A stretch of 64,000 nucleotides of DNA from an uncultured Actinomycetota bacterium (lineage in GTDB: Bacteria > Actinomycetota > Actinomycetes > CAVWCF01), in assembly GCA_963753435.1 (NCBI GenBank), contig CAVWCF010000002.1:96001-160000 (forward strand). The letters are read 5' to 3'. The translations under genes and the position numbers were made by a program. The notes under the pieces were generated by a model. The model had not been told where the DNA came from, did not search any database, and saw only the letters and a list, made by a program, of their open reading frames with translations. This document shows positions 40,121 through 51,220 of this stretch, piece by piece (position 1 is the first letter of the stretch; every line of letters starts with the position of its first letter).

Positions 40121-42010
40121 CTAGTAGCCGAGCTCCGCCTCGAAACGGCCTTCCTCGAGGCGCTTCTGAACAGTTACCAGGAAGCGTGCGGCGTCGGCAC
40201 CGTCAACGAGGCGGTGGTCGTACGTCAACGCGAGGAATGCCATCGACCGAATTGCGATCGAGTCGGTTCCGGTGTCGTCGGTGACAACCACCGGACGCTT
40301 GACGACGGCCCCGGTCCCAAGGATGCCGACCTGAGGCTGATTGAGGATGGGGGTGTCGAACAGCGCGCCGCGCGAACCCGTGTTGGTCAGGGTGAACGTG
40401 CCGCCGGACAGTTCATCCGGGGACACCTGGCCGGTGCGAGTTCGCTCGGCCAGGTCGGCGATACGCCGCGCCAGTCCCGCAATGTTCAGTTCGCCGGCGT
40501 TCTGGATGACGGGAACCAGCAGTCCGCGCTCGGTGTCGACGGCGATGCCCAGGTGCTCTGCTGCGTGGTACGTCACCGTCCCGTTGTCAGCGTCCAGCGT
40601 TGAGTTCAACTTCGGATGGGCCTTGAGGGCCTCCGCAGTGGCCTTCGCGAAGAACGGCAGGAAGGAGAGCTTGACGCCTTCCTGCTGCAGGAACTGAGCC
40701 TTGACGCGGTCACGCAACCGCGCGATCTTCGTCACGTCCACTTCGACCACAGTGGTTAGTTGCGCCGAGGTCTGCAGCGACTCGACCATGCGCTGCGCGA
40801 TGACCTTGCGCAGACGGCTGACCTGCTCGGTGGTGCCGCGGACCCGGGCCGCTTCGGCCGGAACGGGGATCGCCGCTGCTGGGGCCGCTGCCGGAGCGGC
40901 AGCCGGCGTCGCGGCCGGCGGTGCTGCTGCCTGCAACGCCTTTGCCGCGTCCAGAACGTCCTGCTTGCGAACGCGCCCGCCGACGCCGGTGCCGACGATG
41001 GTCGCCAGGTCCACGCCGTTCTCGGCGGCCAGCTTGCGCACCAACGGTGTCACGTAGGTGCCGCCGTCGACGCCGCCACTGGCGGCCGCAACTGCCGGCG
41101 CCGCGGTAACCGGGGATGCCGGCGCTGGAGCTGGTGCTGCCGGTGGTGCCGGGGGTGCTGCGGCCGGAGCCGGTGCTGGGGGTGCCGGGGGAGCCGGGGC
41201 AGGGGCGGCCGGCGGGGTCAAGAGCGAGGGAGCCGGTCGCGATGCCGGGGGCTCCACCGGTGGTGCGGGGGCTTCCGGTGCCGGCGGAGCCGCTGGGGCT
41301 GCCGCCACTGCGGGCGCCGCGGATCCGACGGCGATGAGGCCCAACTGACCGCCGACGACGACAACGCCATCGGGCTCAACGGTGATCTCCGCGAGAACCC
41401 CCGCAACCGGCGACGGAATCTCGGTGTCGACCTTGTCGGTGGACACCTCCAGCAGCGGCTCATCGGCAGCGACGGTGTCACCGATCGACTTCAGCCACCG
41501 GGTGACGGTGCCTTCGGTGACCGACTCGCCCAGCGGCGGCAGCAGCACCGGTGTCGACGCGGCCCCGCCGCCAGCGGATGGCGCCGGCGCAGCGACAGGT
41601 TCTGCCGCGGGCGCCACAGCCGGTGGCGCGGCGGGTGCCGGTGGCGACTCGGCCAGAGCCGAGAGCGCAGCCGAGGCGTCCTGAGCCAGGGACTCTGCGG
41701 TGGGAGGAGCGGGCGCGGGCGGCTCCGGTGCGACCGGGGCGGCCGGGGTCGCCGGGGCAGCCCCTGCTTCGCTCGCATCGCCGATCAGGGCCAACTCCTC
41801 ACCGACCTGAACCACCTGGTCCTCCGCAGCGACGATGCGCAACAGCACGCCGGCGGCGGGGGACGGGATCTCGGTGTCGACCTTGTCGGTGGACACCTCC
41901 AGCAGCGGTTCGTCCGCGGCGACGGTGTCGCCCTCGGACTTCAGCCACCGGGTCACTGTTCCCTCGGTGACGCTCTCGCCCAGTTGGGGCATGGGCACGG
42001 AGATGGCCAT
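40121..42010 (-). CDS. sucB: 2-oxoacid dehydrogenase E2 (DlaT/SucB) with two lipoyl domains
   Basis: Two [10 protein letters not shown] lipoyl motifs; TPLVRKLA E3-binding domain; YDHRLVDG. Confidence 0.93.
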   Translation of the reverse strand: MAISVPMPQLGESVTEGTVTRWLKSEGDTVAADEPLLEVSTDKVDTEIPSPAAGVLLRIVAAEDQVVQVGEELALIGDASEAGAAPATPAAPVAPEPPAPAPPTAESLAQDASAALSALAESPPAPAAPPAVAPAAEPVAAPAPSAGGGAASTPVLLPPLGESVTEGTVTRWLKSIGDTVAADEPLLEVSTDKVDTEIPSPVAGVLAEITVEPDGVVVVGGQLGLIAVGSAAPAVAAAPAAPPAPEAPAPPVEPPASRPAPSLLTPPAAPAPAPPAPPAPAPAAAPPAPPAAPAPAPASPVTAAPAVAAASGGVDGGTYVTPLVRKLAAENGVDLATIVGTGVGGRVRKQDVLDAAKALQAAAPPAATPAAAPAAAPAAAIPVPAEAARVRGTTEQVSRLRKVIAQRMVESLQTSAQLTTVVEVDVTKIARLRDRVKAQFLQQEGVKLSFLPFFAKATAEALKAHPKLNSTLDADNGTVTYHAAEHLGIAVDTERGLLVPVIQNAGELNIAGLARRIADLAERTRTGQVSPDELSGGTFTLTNTGSRGALFDTPILNQPQVGILGTGAVVKRPVVVTDDTGTDSIAIRSMAFLALTYDHRLVDGADAARFLVTVQKRLEEGRFEAELGY

Positions 42011-42036
42011 CAGCGCTGCGCTTCCTTTCGCCTGGG

Positions 42037-43422
42037 TCAGCCGTGGACGTGCAGAGGCTTGCCGGCGAGCGCCAGGTGCGCCTCGCCCATTGCCTCGGAC
42101 ATTGTGGGGTGGGCGTGCACCAGCGGCGCGACGTCGTCGGCGTGGGCCTCCCAGTTGTAGATGAGCTGCCCTTCGGCGAGCAGCTCGCCGACACGAGCGC
42201 CGACCATGTGCACACCGAGGACCGGCCCATCGGTGCGGGCCACCAGCTTCACGGCTCCGGTCGTCTTGAGGATTTGGCTCTTGCCGTTGCCGGCCAGGTC
42301 GTAAGTCAACGTGGTGACGTCGCCGTAGCGCTCGCGGGCAGCTGCTTCGGTGAGGCCGACCGACGCCACCTCGGGATCTGAGTAGGTCACCCGCGGCACG
42401 CCGTCGTAGTCGATCGGGCGGGGCGACTGGCCGGCGATTTGCTCGGCCACCAGGATGCCTTCGGCGAACCCAACGTGCGCCAATTGCAGTGTGGGAATGA
42501 GGTCGCCCACGGCGAACACTCCCGGTACCGAAGTCCGGCAGTACTCGTCGACGACGACGTAGCCGCGATCCATGGCCACGCCCACTTCTTCGTACCCGAG
42601 TCCGGCAGATACCGGACCACGACCGACCGCGACCAGCAGCAACTCCGCGTCGATCGTCTTGCCGCTCTCCAAGGCCACCTGAACCCCGGTGGCCGTCTGC
42701 TGTACCCCGGCGAACCTGGCGCCCAGTTCGAATGCGATGCCGCGGCGGCGGAATGCCCGCTCCAGGAGCTTGGAGGAGGCCTCATCCTCGGCGGGGACCA
42801 GGTGTGGCAGCGCCTCGACGATGGTCACGTCCGCACCGAAAGAGCGCCACACACTGGCGAACTCGACGCCGATCACGCCGCCACCGAGGACCACGACGCT
42901 GGCCGGAACACGGTCCAGTTGCAGCGCCTGGTCAGAGGTGATGACCCGGACGCCGTCGATGTCGAGACCTGGCAGCGAACGCGGTACCGACCCGGTGGCC
43001 AGCAGCACGTTGCGCCCGGTGAAGTCGGAGCCATTGACCCGGACCGTGTTGGCCGAAACCAGCCGGCCCTCACCCTCGACGTAGGTGATCCCGCGGCTCT
43101 TGACCAGGCCCTGCAGGCCCTTGTACAGCTTGCCGACGACGCCGTCCTTGTATTCGTTGACGGTCTTCATGTCGATGCCGAGCAGTGACGCCTGCACACC
43201 GAACTGAGCACTCTCGCGGGCCGAGTCGGCGACCTCGCCGGCGTGCAGGAGGGCCTTCGTCGGGATACAGCCACGGTGCAGGCACGTGCCGCCCAGTTTG
43301 TCCTTCTCGATCAGCGCGACCGACAGCCCCAGGTAGGCGCCGCGCAGCGCAGCCGCGTAGCCGCCGCTGCCCCCGCCAAGAATGACCAGGTCAAAGGCAG
43401 AGCCGGTGGGCGCCTCGGTCAC
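42037..43422 (-). CDS. lpdA: Dihydrolipoyl dehydrogenase
   Basis: [35 protein letters not shown]. Confidence 0.96.
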   Translation of the reverse strand: MTEAPTGSAFDLVILGGGSGGYAAALRGAYLGLSVALIEKDKLGGTCLHRGCIPTKALLHAGEVADSARESAQFGVQASLLGIDMKTVNEYKDGVVGKLYKGLQGLVKSRGITYVEGEGRLVSANTVRVNGSDFTGRNVLLATGSVPRSLPGLDIDGVRVITSDQALQLDRVPASVVVLGGGVIGVEFASVWRSFGADVTIVEALPHLVPAEDEASSKLLERAFRRRGIAFELGARFAGVQQTATGVQVALESGKTIDAELLLVAVGRGPVSAGLGYEEVGVAMDRGYVVVDEYCRTSVPGVFAVGDLIPTLQLAHVGFAEGILVAEQIAGQSPRPIDYDGVPRVTYSDPEVASVGLTEAAARERYGDVTTLTYDLAGNGKSQILKTTGAVKLVARTDGPVLGVHMVGARVGELLAEGQLIYNWEAHADDVAPLVHAHPTMSEAMGEAHLALAGKPLHVHG

Positions 43423-43508
43423 GTTTCTTCCTCCAGGGTTGGGCGTCTCATCCTGTCACCTCCACCGCACAACGGGTAAGTCAGGTCGTGCTTGCGTACC
43501 GTTAGCGC

Positions 43509-43835
43509 ATGGGCTTGTTCCGTCGGCGCCGCGGGTCCACCCCGACCAAGCCGGGGCGTGAGGACCGAAAGCACCTTGAGGAGTTCGCCGCGACGCGTCG
43601 CGGCGTCGAGGCATACGTGGAACCGCGCACGACCTTGACCGAGACGACCGTGGTGCTAGTGGCCTACGACGGCGAATGGACGCGCCGCCGCGTCCCCAGC
43701 CCGCAGGTCCTGCACGAGTGGGCCAATGAGCGGGGAATCCCCTCGTATGACGCCGGGGTGGTCGGCTATCCGCAGCGCATGCGGGACTACTCGTCCCGCA
43801 AGGCGGCCGAGCGTCGGCGGCTGCTGGGGTCCTGA
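43509..43835 (+). CDS. Conserved actinobacterial hypothetical protein
   Basis: GVEAYVEP, DGEWTRRR, VGYPQRMR; TACCGT -10 box 6 nt before ATG. Confidence 0.75.
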   Translation: MGLFRRRRGSTPTKPGREDRKHLEEFAATRRGVEAYVEPRTTLTETTVVLVAYDGEWTRRRVPSPQVLHEWANERGIPSYDAGVVGYPQRMRDYSSRKAAERRRLLGS

Positions 43836-43860
43836 ACTACCGGCGAAGCCGGCGTCTGGA

Positions 43861-45339
43861 TCAGTCGTCGGCCGCCAGCGAACGGGCCGCCTCGACCAGC
43901 GTGCGTACCGCCGCCCCGGTTCCGCCCTTGGGGTTGACCCCGTACGGTTCGCTGCCGTTCCAGGCCGGCCCGGCGATGTCCAGGTGCGCCCAGGCCTGAC
44001 CGGATGCGATGAACTCCTGCAGGAAGATGCCCGCCTGCAGCATGCCGCCGTTGCGATCGCCGATGTTGGCGATGTCAGCCACCTGCGAGTCCAGCCGCTT
44101 GCGCAGGTAGGCCGGCAGATCCATGTGCCACATCGATTCACCGGCGGTCGCCGCAGCCTGACCGAGCCGCTCGGTGAGGTCTGCGTCGTTGCTCATGAGC
44201 CCCGCGGTCCGCGGGCCGAGGGCCACTAGCGCGGCACCGGTCAGGGTCGCCACGTCGACGATGGCGTCGGGCTGCTCCTCCTGAGCCCGGACCAGAGCGT
44301 CGGCAAGGACCAGGCGACCTTCCGCGTCGGTGTTGAGGACCTCGACGGTGCGCCCGCCGTACGTGGTGAGGACGTCGCCGGGCCGCTGCGCGGTGTCCGA
44401 CGGCATGTTCTCCGCCATCGCGGCGAAGGTGGTCACGTTGACTGGCAGCCCTAGTCGCGCAACGGCCAAGGTGGCGGCGATGACCGCGGCGGCGCCGGCC
44501 ATGTCCGACTTCATCTCGTGCATGTTCGCGCCTGGCTTCAGCGAGATCCCGCCGGAGTCGAACGTGATCCCCTTGCCGACCAGGGCCAGGTGGCGCTTTG
44601 CGTCGGGGTGGCGGTAGGCCAGGCGCAGCAACCGAGGCGGCCGACTGGACCCTTGGCCGACGCCGAGGATTCCCCCGTAGCCGCCACCAGCAAGCTTCTT
44701 CTCATCGGTGATCTCCGCGGTCACCCCCGCGTCGACGGCCTGAGCGGCAGCGGAGTCGGCAAAGACCGCTGGCGGCAGATCGTTCGGCGGTGTGTTCACG
44801 AAGTCCCTTGCCGCCATCACGGCTTCGGCTACGACGCGTGCCTCGGCGAGTGCGTGCCGGGCGGCTGCGTCCTTGGCCAGCGACGTCCAGATCGTCACCG
44901 CGCCCAGGCCGGCCTTGTGCGCGCGCGCCGTGGACGACCGGTAGGCGCGAAACGTGTACGCACCAAGGACCGCGCCGGTCGCGATCGCGGCGACCGATTC
45001 CGGAGATTCCGCACCCAGTGCGAAGACGGCCCGTCGCCGCCCGGCCAGGGCCCGCGCAGCAGCAGCAGCGGCCCGGCGAAGAGAGTCGTCATCGGAGTCG
45101 GTGCCTACGCCGACGCAGACAACCACCGGCGCGGTCACCCCGGCACCGGATGGCAACTGCACAACCTCCTCGGCCTTGCCGGTCGCCTTCAGGGCGGCTG
45201 CCGCCTCGGCGATGGCCTTGCCGGTCCGGCCCAGGGCTGCGACCGGTTCGACACCGCCACGGGTGGGGCGCAGTGCGACGACTAGTGCGTCCGCCTTGGC
45301 GCGCAGGGGCGAATCGGCAGACAAGGAGATCGTGGTCAT
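43861..45339 (-). CDS. pepA: Leucyl aminopeptidase (M17)
   Basis: VGKGITFDSGG, MKSDMAG, NTDAEGRL, ATLTGA, HLDIAG. Confidence 0.95.
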   Translation of the reverse strand: MTTISLSADSPLRAKADALVVALRPTRGGVEPVAALGRTGKAIAEAAAALKATGKAEEVVQLPSGAGVTAPVVVCVGVGTDSDDDSLRRAAAAAARALAGRRRAVFALGAESPESVAAIATGAVLGAYTFRAYRSSTARAHKAGLGAVTIWTSLAKDAAARHALAEARVVAEAVMAARDFVNTPPNDLPPAVFADSAAAQAVDAGVTAEITDEKKLAGGGYGGILGVGQGSSRPPRLLRLAYRHPDAKRHLALVGKGITFDSGGISLKPGANMHEMKSDMAGAAAVIAATLAVARLGLPVNVTTFAAMAENMPSDTAQRPGDVLTTYGGRTVEVLNTDAEGRLVLADALVRAQEEQPDAIVDVATLTGAALVALGPRTAGLMSNDADLTERLGQAAATAGESMWHMDLPAYLRKRLDSQVADIANIGDRNGGMLQAGIFLQEFIASGQAWAHLDIAGPAWNGSEPYGVNPKGGTGAAVRTLVEAARSLAADD

Positions 45340-45380
45340 GATCGTCACCCTAGCCACGGCTGCGGGCTAGCGTCTTGGTC

Positions 45381-46526
45381 ATGACGAGCAGCGGCGATGA
45401 CACCGGTGCCCCGGCAACTGAGTCCGGCGGAGCCGCCCTGCGCAGCCCGATCCACCAGCAGCACGTGGACTCCGGGGCCAAGTTCGCGCCCTTCGCCGGT
45501 TGGGAGATGCCGCTTGAGTACGCCGGCGGCGGCGTATTGGCCGAGCACGCGGCTGTTCGCGAGTCGGTCGGCCTGTTCGACGTTTCCCACCTCGGCACCT
45601 TGGACGTGCGCGGAGCCGGCGCGCGGGCCTTCCTGGACACGCAACTGACCAACGACCTGAGCCGGCTGCAGCCGGGAGCCGCGCAGTACACGCTCATCTG
45701 CACCGAGGACGGTGGGGTTATCGATGACCTGATCGCCTACGTGTCGGCCGACTCCGAGGTGCGACTGGTGCCGAACGCCGCCAACTGCGCGGAGGTGCGG
45801 GATCGGCTGCGGCAGGCGGCGCCGAGCGGTGTGGAGGTGCTCGACCGGCACACCGAAACCGCGATCCTGGCGGTGCAGGGACCGGCATCGGCGCAGGTCC
45901 TACTGGCACTGGGTCTGGATCCGGACTTGGCCTACATGCGCTTCAACCAGCAGCAGTTCGGCGATGCGACGGTGAGCGTCTGCCGGTCCGGGTACACGGG
46001 GGAGCCGGGGTTCGAACTGATCGCCCCAACTGATGCAGCCGCCGGGCTGTGGGAAGCGCTTCTGCGCGCGGCGGCGAACGTCGGGGGGCGCCCTGCCGGC
46101 CTCGGTGCTCGCGACACCTTGCGCACCGAGATGGGGTACCCGCTGCATGGACAGGACCTGTCGCTGGAAATCTCCCCGGTGCAGGCCGGGTTGTCGTGGG
46201 CGGTCGGTTGGGACAAGCCTGAGTTCGTAGGGCGGGCGGCGCTTGTCGCGGAGCGCGCGGCCGGCCCGCGGCGCCGCTTGCGCGGGATCCGGCTCACCGA
46301 CTCCGGGGTTCCGCGGCCGGGAATGGCGGTGCTGGCGGCCGACGGCGGTCGCGAAGTCGGCGTGCTGACCAGTGGCACGTTTTCGCCGACCCTGCGGGCC
46401 GGGATCGGGTTGGCCCTGTGCGACGCGGGAGTGGACGTAGGCGACCAGGTCCTGGTCAGCGCGCGAGGACGACAACTGGCCGCGGCGGTGGTGAAGCCCC
46501 CGTTCGTGAAGACGTCGCCGCGCTGA
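45381..46526 (+). CDS. gcvT: Glycine cleavage system aminomethyltransferase T
   Basis: FAGWEMPLEY, GLFDVSHLG, RSGYTGEPGFE, GLGARDTLRTEMG. Confidence 0.95.
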   Translation: MTSSGDDTGAPATESGGAALRSPIHQQHVDSGAKFAPFAGWEMPLEYAGGGVLAEHAAVRESVGLFDVSHLGTLDVRGAGARAFLDTQLTNDLSRLQPGAAQYTLICTEDGGVIDDLIAYVSADSEVRLVPNAANCAEVRDRLRQAAPSGVEVLDRHTETAILAVQGPASAQVLLALGLDPDLAYMRFNQQQFGDATVSVCRSGYTGEPGFELIAPTDAAAGLWEALLRAAANVGGRPAGLGARDTLRTEMGYPLHGQDLSLEISPVQAGLSWAVGWDKPEFVGRAALVAERAAGPRRRLRGIRLTDSGVPRPGMAVLAADGGREVGVLTSGTFSPTLRAGIGLALCDAGVDVGDQVLVSARGRQLAAAVVKPPFVKTSPR

Positions 46527-46594
46527 GCACTGACTACGGCCGAGCCCCCGAGGCCAGCGGGATCGCGGACGCACCCGCCACCTGGGCCGCCTGA

Positions 46595-47665
46595 TCAGCG
46601 GTCACTGACCCCCGCCTCGTCGAAGGTCGCCATGTCGGCCAACGTCGCGGCTGCCGCTCGCAGAATCGGCACCGCCAGCAACGCTCCGGTGCCTGCACCC
46701 AGGTTCAGGCGCAGGTCCGTGAGCGGCTCCAGCCGAAGCCGCTGCAGGGCCACGGAGTGCGCGGGTTCGGTCGAACGGTGTCCAGCGGCCCACCAGTGCC
46801 TGGCCCGGAAGGACACTCGGTCCGCGAGCAGAGCAGCGGCACCGGACACGACCCCGTCCAGCAGTACCGGGGTGCGGCGGACAGCGGCCTGCAGCAGGAA
46901 GCCGGTCATGGCGGCGATATCGGCGCCGCCGACGGTGGCCAGCAGTTGCAGCGGGTCGCCGCGGTGCGGACGGCCCCGACGGGCCGCGTCTCGTACCGCT
47001 GCAGCCTTGCGCATCCAACCCGCGTCGTCGATGCCCGTTCCGCGGCCGATCAGGTCCGGCAACTCGCCCCCACCGAGCAGGAATATGAGTGTGGTGGCCG
47101 GGGTGGTGTTGCCGATGCCCATGTCTCCGATCAGCAGCAGATCTGCGCCCGCGTCGATCAGTTCGTCGGCGATGCTGATGCCGTGGCTGACCGCTAGTTC
47201 GGCCTCGGCCGAGCTCATCGCATCAGTGGACCGGATGTCGCCGCTGCCCTTGCGGACCCGCCATCTGGTCACGTCGTCCGGAACGGACTTGCCGACGTAG
47301 TCGGTATCCACCGCGAGGTCGCGGACGTTGACATTGACACCGGCTACCGCAGCGAGCACGTTGGCGGCGGCCCCGCCGGCCAGGAAGTTGCCCACCATCT
47401 GGGCCGTTACCTCCGGCGGATAGGCCGAGACGCCGCCGGCGGCGACCCCGTGATCCCCGGCGAAGATGACGAGTTCGGCCCGCTGCGGGGGCGGCGCCGG
47501 GCACTGGCCGCGAACACCGCACCACCATGCGGCGAGGTCCTCCAAGCGGCCCAGCGCACCGGCGGGCTTGGCCAACTGTTGCTGGCGCACGAGGGCCTGC
47601 TCCGCGAAGCGCTCATCCGGCGCGACTATTGCGTCGAAGGCGTTCAGGTCCAAGGGTGCGCTCAC
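46595..47665 (-). CDS. cobT: Nicotinate-nucleotide--dimethylbenzimidazole phosphoribosyltransferase
   Basis: KPAGALGRLE, FAGDHGV, GDMGIGNTT, GRGTG, LLDG; LGAGTGA replaces the usual LGEGTGA. Confidence 0.9.
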   Translation of the reverse strand: MSAPLDLNAFDAIVAPDERFAEQALVRQQQLAKPAGALGRLEDLAAWWCGVRGQCPAPPPQRAELVIFAGDHGVAAGGVSAYPPEVTAQMVGNFLAGGAAANVLAAVAGVNVNVRDLAVDTDYVGKSVPDDVTRWRVRKGSGDIRSTDAMSSAEAELAVSHGISIADELIDAGADLLLIGDMGIGNTTPATTLIFLLGGGELPDLIGRGTGIDDAGWMRKAAAVRDAARRGRPHRGDPLQLLATVGGADIAAMTGFLLQAAVRRTPVLLDGVVSGAAALLADRVSFRARHWWAAGHRSTEPAHSVALQRLRLEPLTDLRLNLGAGTGALLAVPILRAAAATLADMATFDEAGVSDR

Positions 47666-47702
47666 TGCCCCGATCCTCTCGTCAGATCGCGAGTCTGGGG
47701 CA

Positions 47703-48494
47703 TCACCGCACCGCGACGAACTCAGGCCGCGCATCGAACGCGGCGCGGCGCGCCGTTCGCCGCAGCGTCCGCAGGACCGGACCGGTCAGGAACGCCAGCA
47801 GGATGGCGTTACCGAGTGCGCGTGGGATGTCGAAGCCGAGGGAGGTGACCAAGCAGAACGCGATGAACCGGGCGAGGTTTTCCGTGACCGGGTCGCCCGC
47901 CACGAAACTGATGCCGGAGTCCGCGCCCGCGATGAACGGCCAGAACCAGAGGTTGAGCAGGAACCCGTAGGCAAGTCCGGCGATGAGCCCGTACGACACC
48001 AGCAGCCACGTCTCCGTCCGGCCCCGGGCCGGTGGCAGCAGTCCGGCGAACAGGCCGATCCAGGCCGCGCCCAGCATTTGAAACGGCAGCCAAGGGCCGA
48101 TGCCGCCGGTGATCAGTGCCGAGGCGAACATGCCGAGCGCGCCGAGCAGGAATCCAAAGCCGGGGCCGAGCGCGCGCCCACCGAGGATGACCACAACGAA
48201 CATGGGCTGAAAGCCGGTCGCCCCGCCGCCCAGCGGGCGCAACGCTGCGGCGACGGCCGCGAGGACGCCGAGCAGGGCGACCGCCTTGGCATCCAACGAG
48301 CCCTCACTCAGGTGGGCGATGAGCACGGCAAGCAGCAACGGGAGCAGCAGGGCGAACAGCAAGGGTGCATCGGTCGAGTGCGCGAGGTCACTGCCCGGCT
48401 CGGCCAAGAAGGGCCAGCCGAACGCGAGCAGTCCGATGGAACTGACCAGGATCAGGGTGCCGACGCTGCGCGAGGGCATCCGCAGAGCGTTCAT
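47703..48494 (-). CDS. ECF transporter S component
   Basis: ALLGVL, LGGRALGPGFGF, GGIGPWLPFQM, GFDIPRA. Confidence 0.88.
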   Translation of the reverse strand: MNALRMPSRSVGTLILVSSIGLLAFGWPFLAEPGSDLAHSTDAPLLFALLLPLLLAVLIAHLSEGSLDAKAVALLGVLAAVAAALRPLGGGATGFQPMFVVVILGGRALGPGFGFLLGALGMFASALITGGIGPWLPFQMLGAAWIGLFAGLLPPARGRTETWLLVSYGLIAGLAYGFLLNLWFWPFIAGADSGISFVAGDPVTENLARFIAFCLVTSLGFDIPRALGNAILLAFLTGPVLRTLRRTARRAAFDARPEFVAVR

Positions 48495-50104
48495 GTCGCC
48501 GGCTCCAGCGCCCGCTGCACCTCAAGCGGAGTCAGCCATCGCCCGGGGTGCAGCACCTTGGCGGTCTGCGGCGCGTACGCGGGGGATGCCAGCACCACGT
48601 CGCGGGCCGCCCCGTCCGTGACCACTTCGCCATCGGCGAGGATCACCACGCGGTCGACTGCTTCGGCTACCAACTCGACGTCATGCGTCGACAACAGCAC
48701 CGCGGTTCCCTTGTCAGCCCGTTCGCGCAACACCGACACCAGGCGCGACTTGGTCGAGTAGTCCAACCCACGGGTCGGCTCGTCGAGCAGCAACAGGGAT
48801 GGCTCGGCGACCAGGACCACGGCTAGGGCCACGGCCAGCCGCTGCCCTTCGGAGAGGTCGCGCGGGTGTTGCTGCAGGTCGATGTCCGGCGCCAACTCTT
48901 GCAGCAGTCGCAGCGTGGCACCCGCCGCCACGGCCGCGTCGGAATCGGCGGCGGCACACTCGTTCGCCACCGTTTCGGCCCAGAGCAGCACCGCAGGGTC
49001 CTGCGGGATCAGCCCAACGTGTGACAACAGCTGACGGCCGCGCAGTTGCCTCGGGTCTTGGTTGTCGACCCGGGCTGAACCCGCTGAAGGCGAGACCAGC
49101 CCGGTCAGCAGATTCAGCAGAGTGGATTTGCCGGCGCCGTTTCTTCCCATCAACGCCACAACCTCGCCGGGGAAGAGCGACAGGTCCACATCGCGCAGTG
49201 CGACCAGGTGCCCGTAGCGGACCGAGGCCCGGTTCAGTTGAGCGGCCGGGGGACCGTCGGCCAACGCCTTGGTCGGTGGATCGACGGTCTGCGTCAGGCG
49301 CTGGCGCAGATCGGCCGAGAAGCGGCGGGCGTCCCGCACCGAAACCGGGACGGGTGACCAGCCGGCCACCTGAGCCAAGCGCACTACTGGCGGGGCCACT
49401 GGGGACTGCGCCAACACGTCCGCCGTGGCGCCGATGACCGGCGCCAGCCCGGCGCCGGGCAGGAGGATGACGCGGTCGGCGAACTGGGCGACGCGCTCCA
49501 GGCGATGCTCCGCCACCAGGACCGTCAGCCCAAGGTCGCTGACCAGGCGCTGCAGCGCCGCGAGCACCTCTTCGGCCGCACCCGGGTCCAGTGCGCTGGT
49601 TGGCTCATCCAGAACCAGCACGGACGGATGCGCGGCAAGCACGGCAGCGATGGCCACTCGTTGCCGCTGCCCGCCGGACAACCCCCGCAGGGGGCGGGCC
49701 CGGAGGTCCGCCAGGCCGAGTAGGTCGAGGTTCTCCTCAACCCGCCTGCGCATGGTCGCCGGGTCCACGCCGAGCGATTCCATGCCGTAGGCGATCTCGT
49801 CTTCGACCGTGTCCGTGACGAAGGCGGCGGCGGGGTCCTGGGGTACGACGCCGACGACGTCGGCCAGATCCCGCGGCCGGTGCTTGGCCGTGTCCCGTCC
49901 GGCGACCAGGACGCGACCGCTGAGGCGGCCACCGGTGAAGTGCGGCACATGACCGTTCACGGCACCGAGCAGGGTTGACTTGCCGGCCCCGGTAGGACCG
50001 ATGACCAGGCACAACTCGCCTTCGGCGATCACGAAGTCGGCGTGGGCCAGGGCCGGCGCCGAACTGTCGGAGTAGGTCACGGAGACGTCTTCGAATCGGA
50101 TCAC
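48491..50104 (-). CDS. ECF transporter fused double ATPase
   Basis: GPTGAGKS/LSGGQ/LDEPT and GRNGAGKS/LSEGQ/LDEPT; GTG start overlaps the upstream stop. Confidence 0.92.
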   Translation of the reverse strand: MIRFEDVSVTYSDSSAPALAHADFVIAEGELCLVIGPTGAGKSTLLGAVNGHVPHFTGGRLSGRVLVAGRDTAKHRPRDLADVVGVVPQDPAAAFVTDTVEDEIAYGMESLGVDPATMRRRVEENLDLLGLADLRARPLRGLSGGQRQRVAIAAVLAAHPSVLVLDEPTSALDPGAAEEVLAALQRLVSDLGLTVLVAEHRLERVAQFADRVILLPGAGLAPVIGATADVLAQSPVAPPVVRLAQVAGWSPVPVSVRDARRFSADLRQRLTQTVDPPTKALADGPPAAQLNRASVRYGHLVALRDVDLSLFPGEVVALMGRNGAGKSTLLNLLTGLVSPSAGSARVDNQDPRQLRGRQLLSHVGLIPQDPAVLLWAETVANECAAADSDAAVAAGATLRLLQELAPDIDLQQHPRDLSEGQRLAVALAVVLVAEPSLLLLDEPTRGLDYSTKSRLVSVLRERADKGTAVLLSTHDVELVAEAVDRVVILADGEVVTDGAARDVVLASPAYAPQTAKVLHPGRWLTPLEVQRALEPAT

Positions 50105-51207
50105 ACCGGCACCTCCTCTCGGCGTTCCACTGCCAGGGGGAGGTTCTGGGGTCGCGGTGGCGCCAGCCAAACCGGTAGTAGCCCGAGGAGGAGACCGAAA
50201 GCTGCGACCGGCGGCAACGTCGGCCACGTCGGCGGGTCCGTGATCGGCGTCAGCCCGGGGGTCGCAGCCACCGCCAAGGCGGTCATGGTGATGGCGGCGG
50301 CGGCTCCGCTGGCTGTCACACCCCACTCCGGCCACGACCAGGGATCTGGCCGGTACCGGGTCCGCAGTTGCCGCGTCCGGCCAAGGCCGAGCCCGGCTAC
50401 CGCTGTTGCGGCCCCGAGCGCGAGCAGCGGGAGTCCGAGCGGGCCGGGGGATCCGGCGTCCAGCAGGCCGTAGATGCCGACCAGAACGCCCACGAGGCCG
50501 ACCAGTGTCAGCACTGCCGCCACCCGATTGGCGCGCGGTGAGTCCGCCCTGGTGCGTCCGTACCCGCGGGAGTCCATCGCCGCGGCCAGCGCCAGGGACC
50601 GTTCCAGTGCGGCGGTCAGCACCGGCAATGCCGCCGCGGCGGCACCGCGTAGCCCGCGGTCGTTGCGTCCGCGCAGCCGGCGGGCCTTGCGCACCTCCCC
50701 AAGTTCCATGATCAGCAGGGGAGTGACGGAGAGAGCGACGACGACAGCAACGCCGACCTCGTACAGCGATGCCGGCAGGCTCTTGAGCAGCCGCCGTGGG
50801 TCGGCCAACGAATTCGCTGCTCCGACGCATGCCAGGACTGCGAACAGACGCAGACCGTCGTAGACGGCGGCCAGCAACTGTGGGGCGGTTACCGGTCCGC
50901 CAAGTCGCACACCGGCGGCCCAGTCCGGAAGCGGGATCTCCGGCAATTCCAGGAGCACGGAGCCGACGGCCGACGCCCCGAAGACAACTTCGAAGACCAC
51001 GCGCAGGACGACGACCACCACGCCTAGTCGTAGGAAGGCTCCGAAGGATCGACCCCAGGCGGCTGGGCTGCGGTGTACGGAGACCACGACCGCGACGACT
51101 CCTACGGCCAGCGCCAGCAGCAGCGGGTTCGTCGTTCGGCTAACTGCTGCGGCCATGCCGATGGCCCACAGCCACCAGGCGCCGGCGTGCAGCGGTCGTG
51201 GGTTCAC
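50101..51207 (-). CDS. ECF transporter transmembrane T component
   Basis: LHAGAWWLWA, ARRLRG, AMDSRGYG motifs. Confidence 0.88.
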   Translation of the reverse strand: MNPRPLHAGAWWLWAIGMAAAVSRTTNPLLLALAVGVVAVVVSVHRSPAAWGRSFGAFLRLGVVVVVLRVVFEVVFGASAVGSVLLELPEIPLPDWAAGVRLGGPVTAPQLLAAVYDGLRLFAVLACVGAANSLADPRRLLKSLPASLYEVGVAVVVALSVTPLLIMELGEVRKARRLRGRNDRGLRGAAAAALPVLTAALERSLALAAAMDSRGYGRTRADSPRANRVAAVLTLVGLVGVLVGIYGLLDAGSPGPLGLPLLALGAATAVAGLGLGRTRQLRTRYRPDPWSWPEWGVTASGAAAAITMTALAVAATPGLTPITDPPTWPTLPPVAAFGLLLGLLPVWLAPPRPQNLPLAVERREEVPV

Positions 51208-51220
51208 CAGGTGCGTCGCT

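Noticed and set aside
41410-41985. Near-identical ~120-bp segments in sucB
   Set aside because: Ordinary duplicated lipoyl domains of the E2 subunit.
50105-50830. N-terminal extension of the 779-aa ATPase ORF
   Set aside because: Out-of-frame overlap with the ECF T gene; the real start is GTG 50104.
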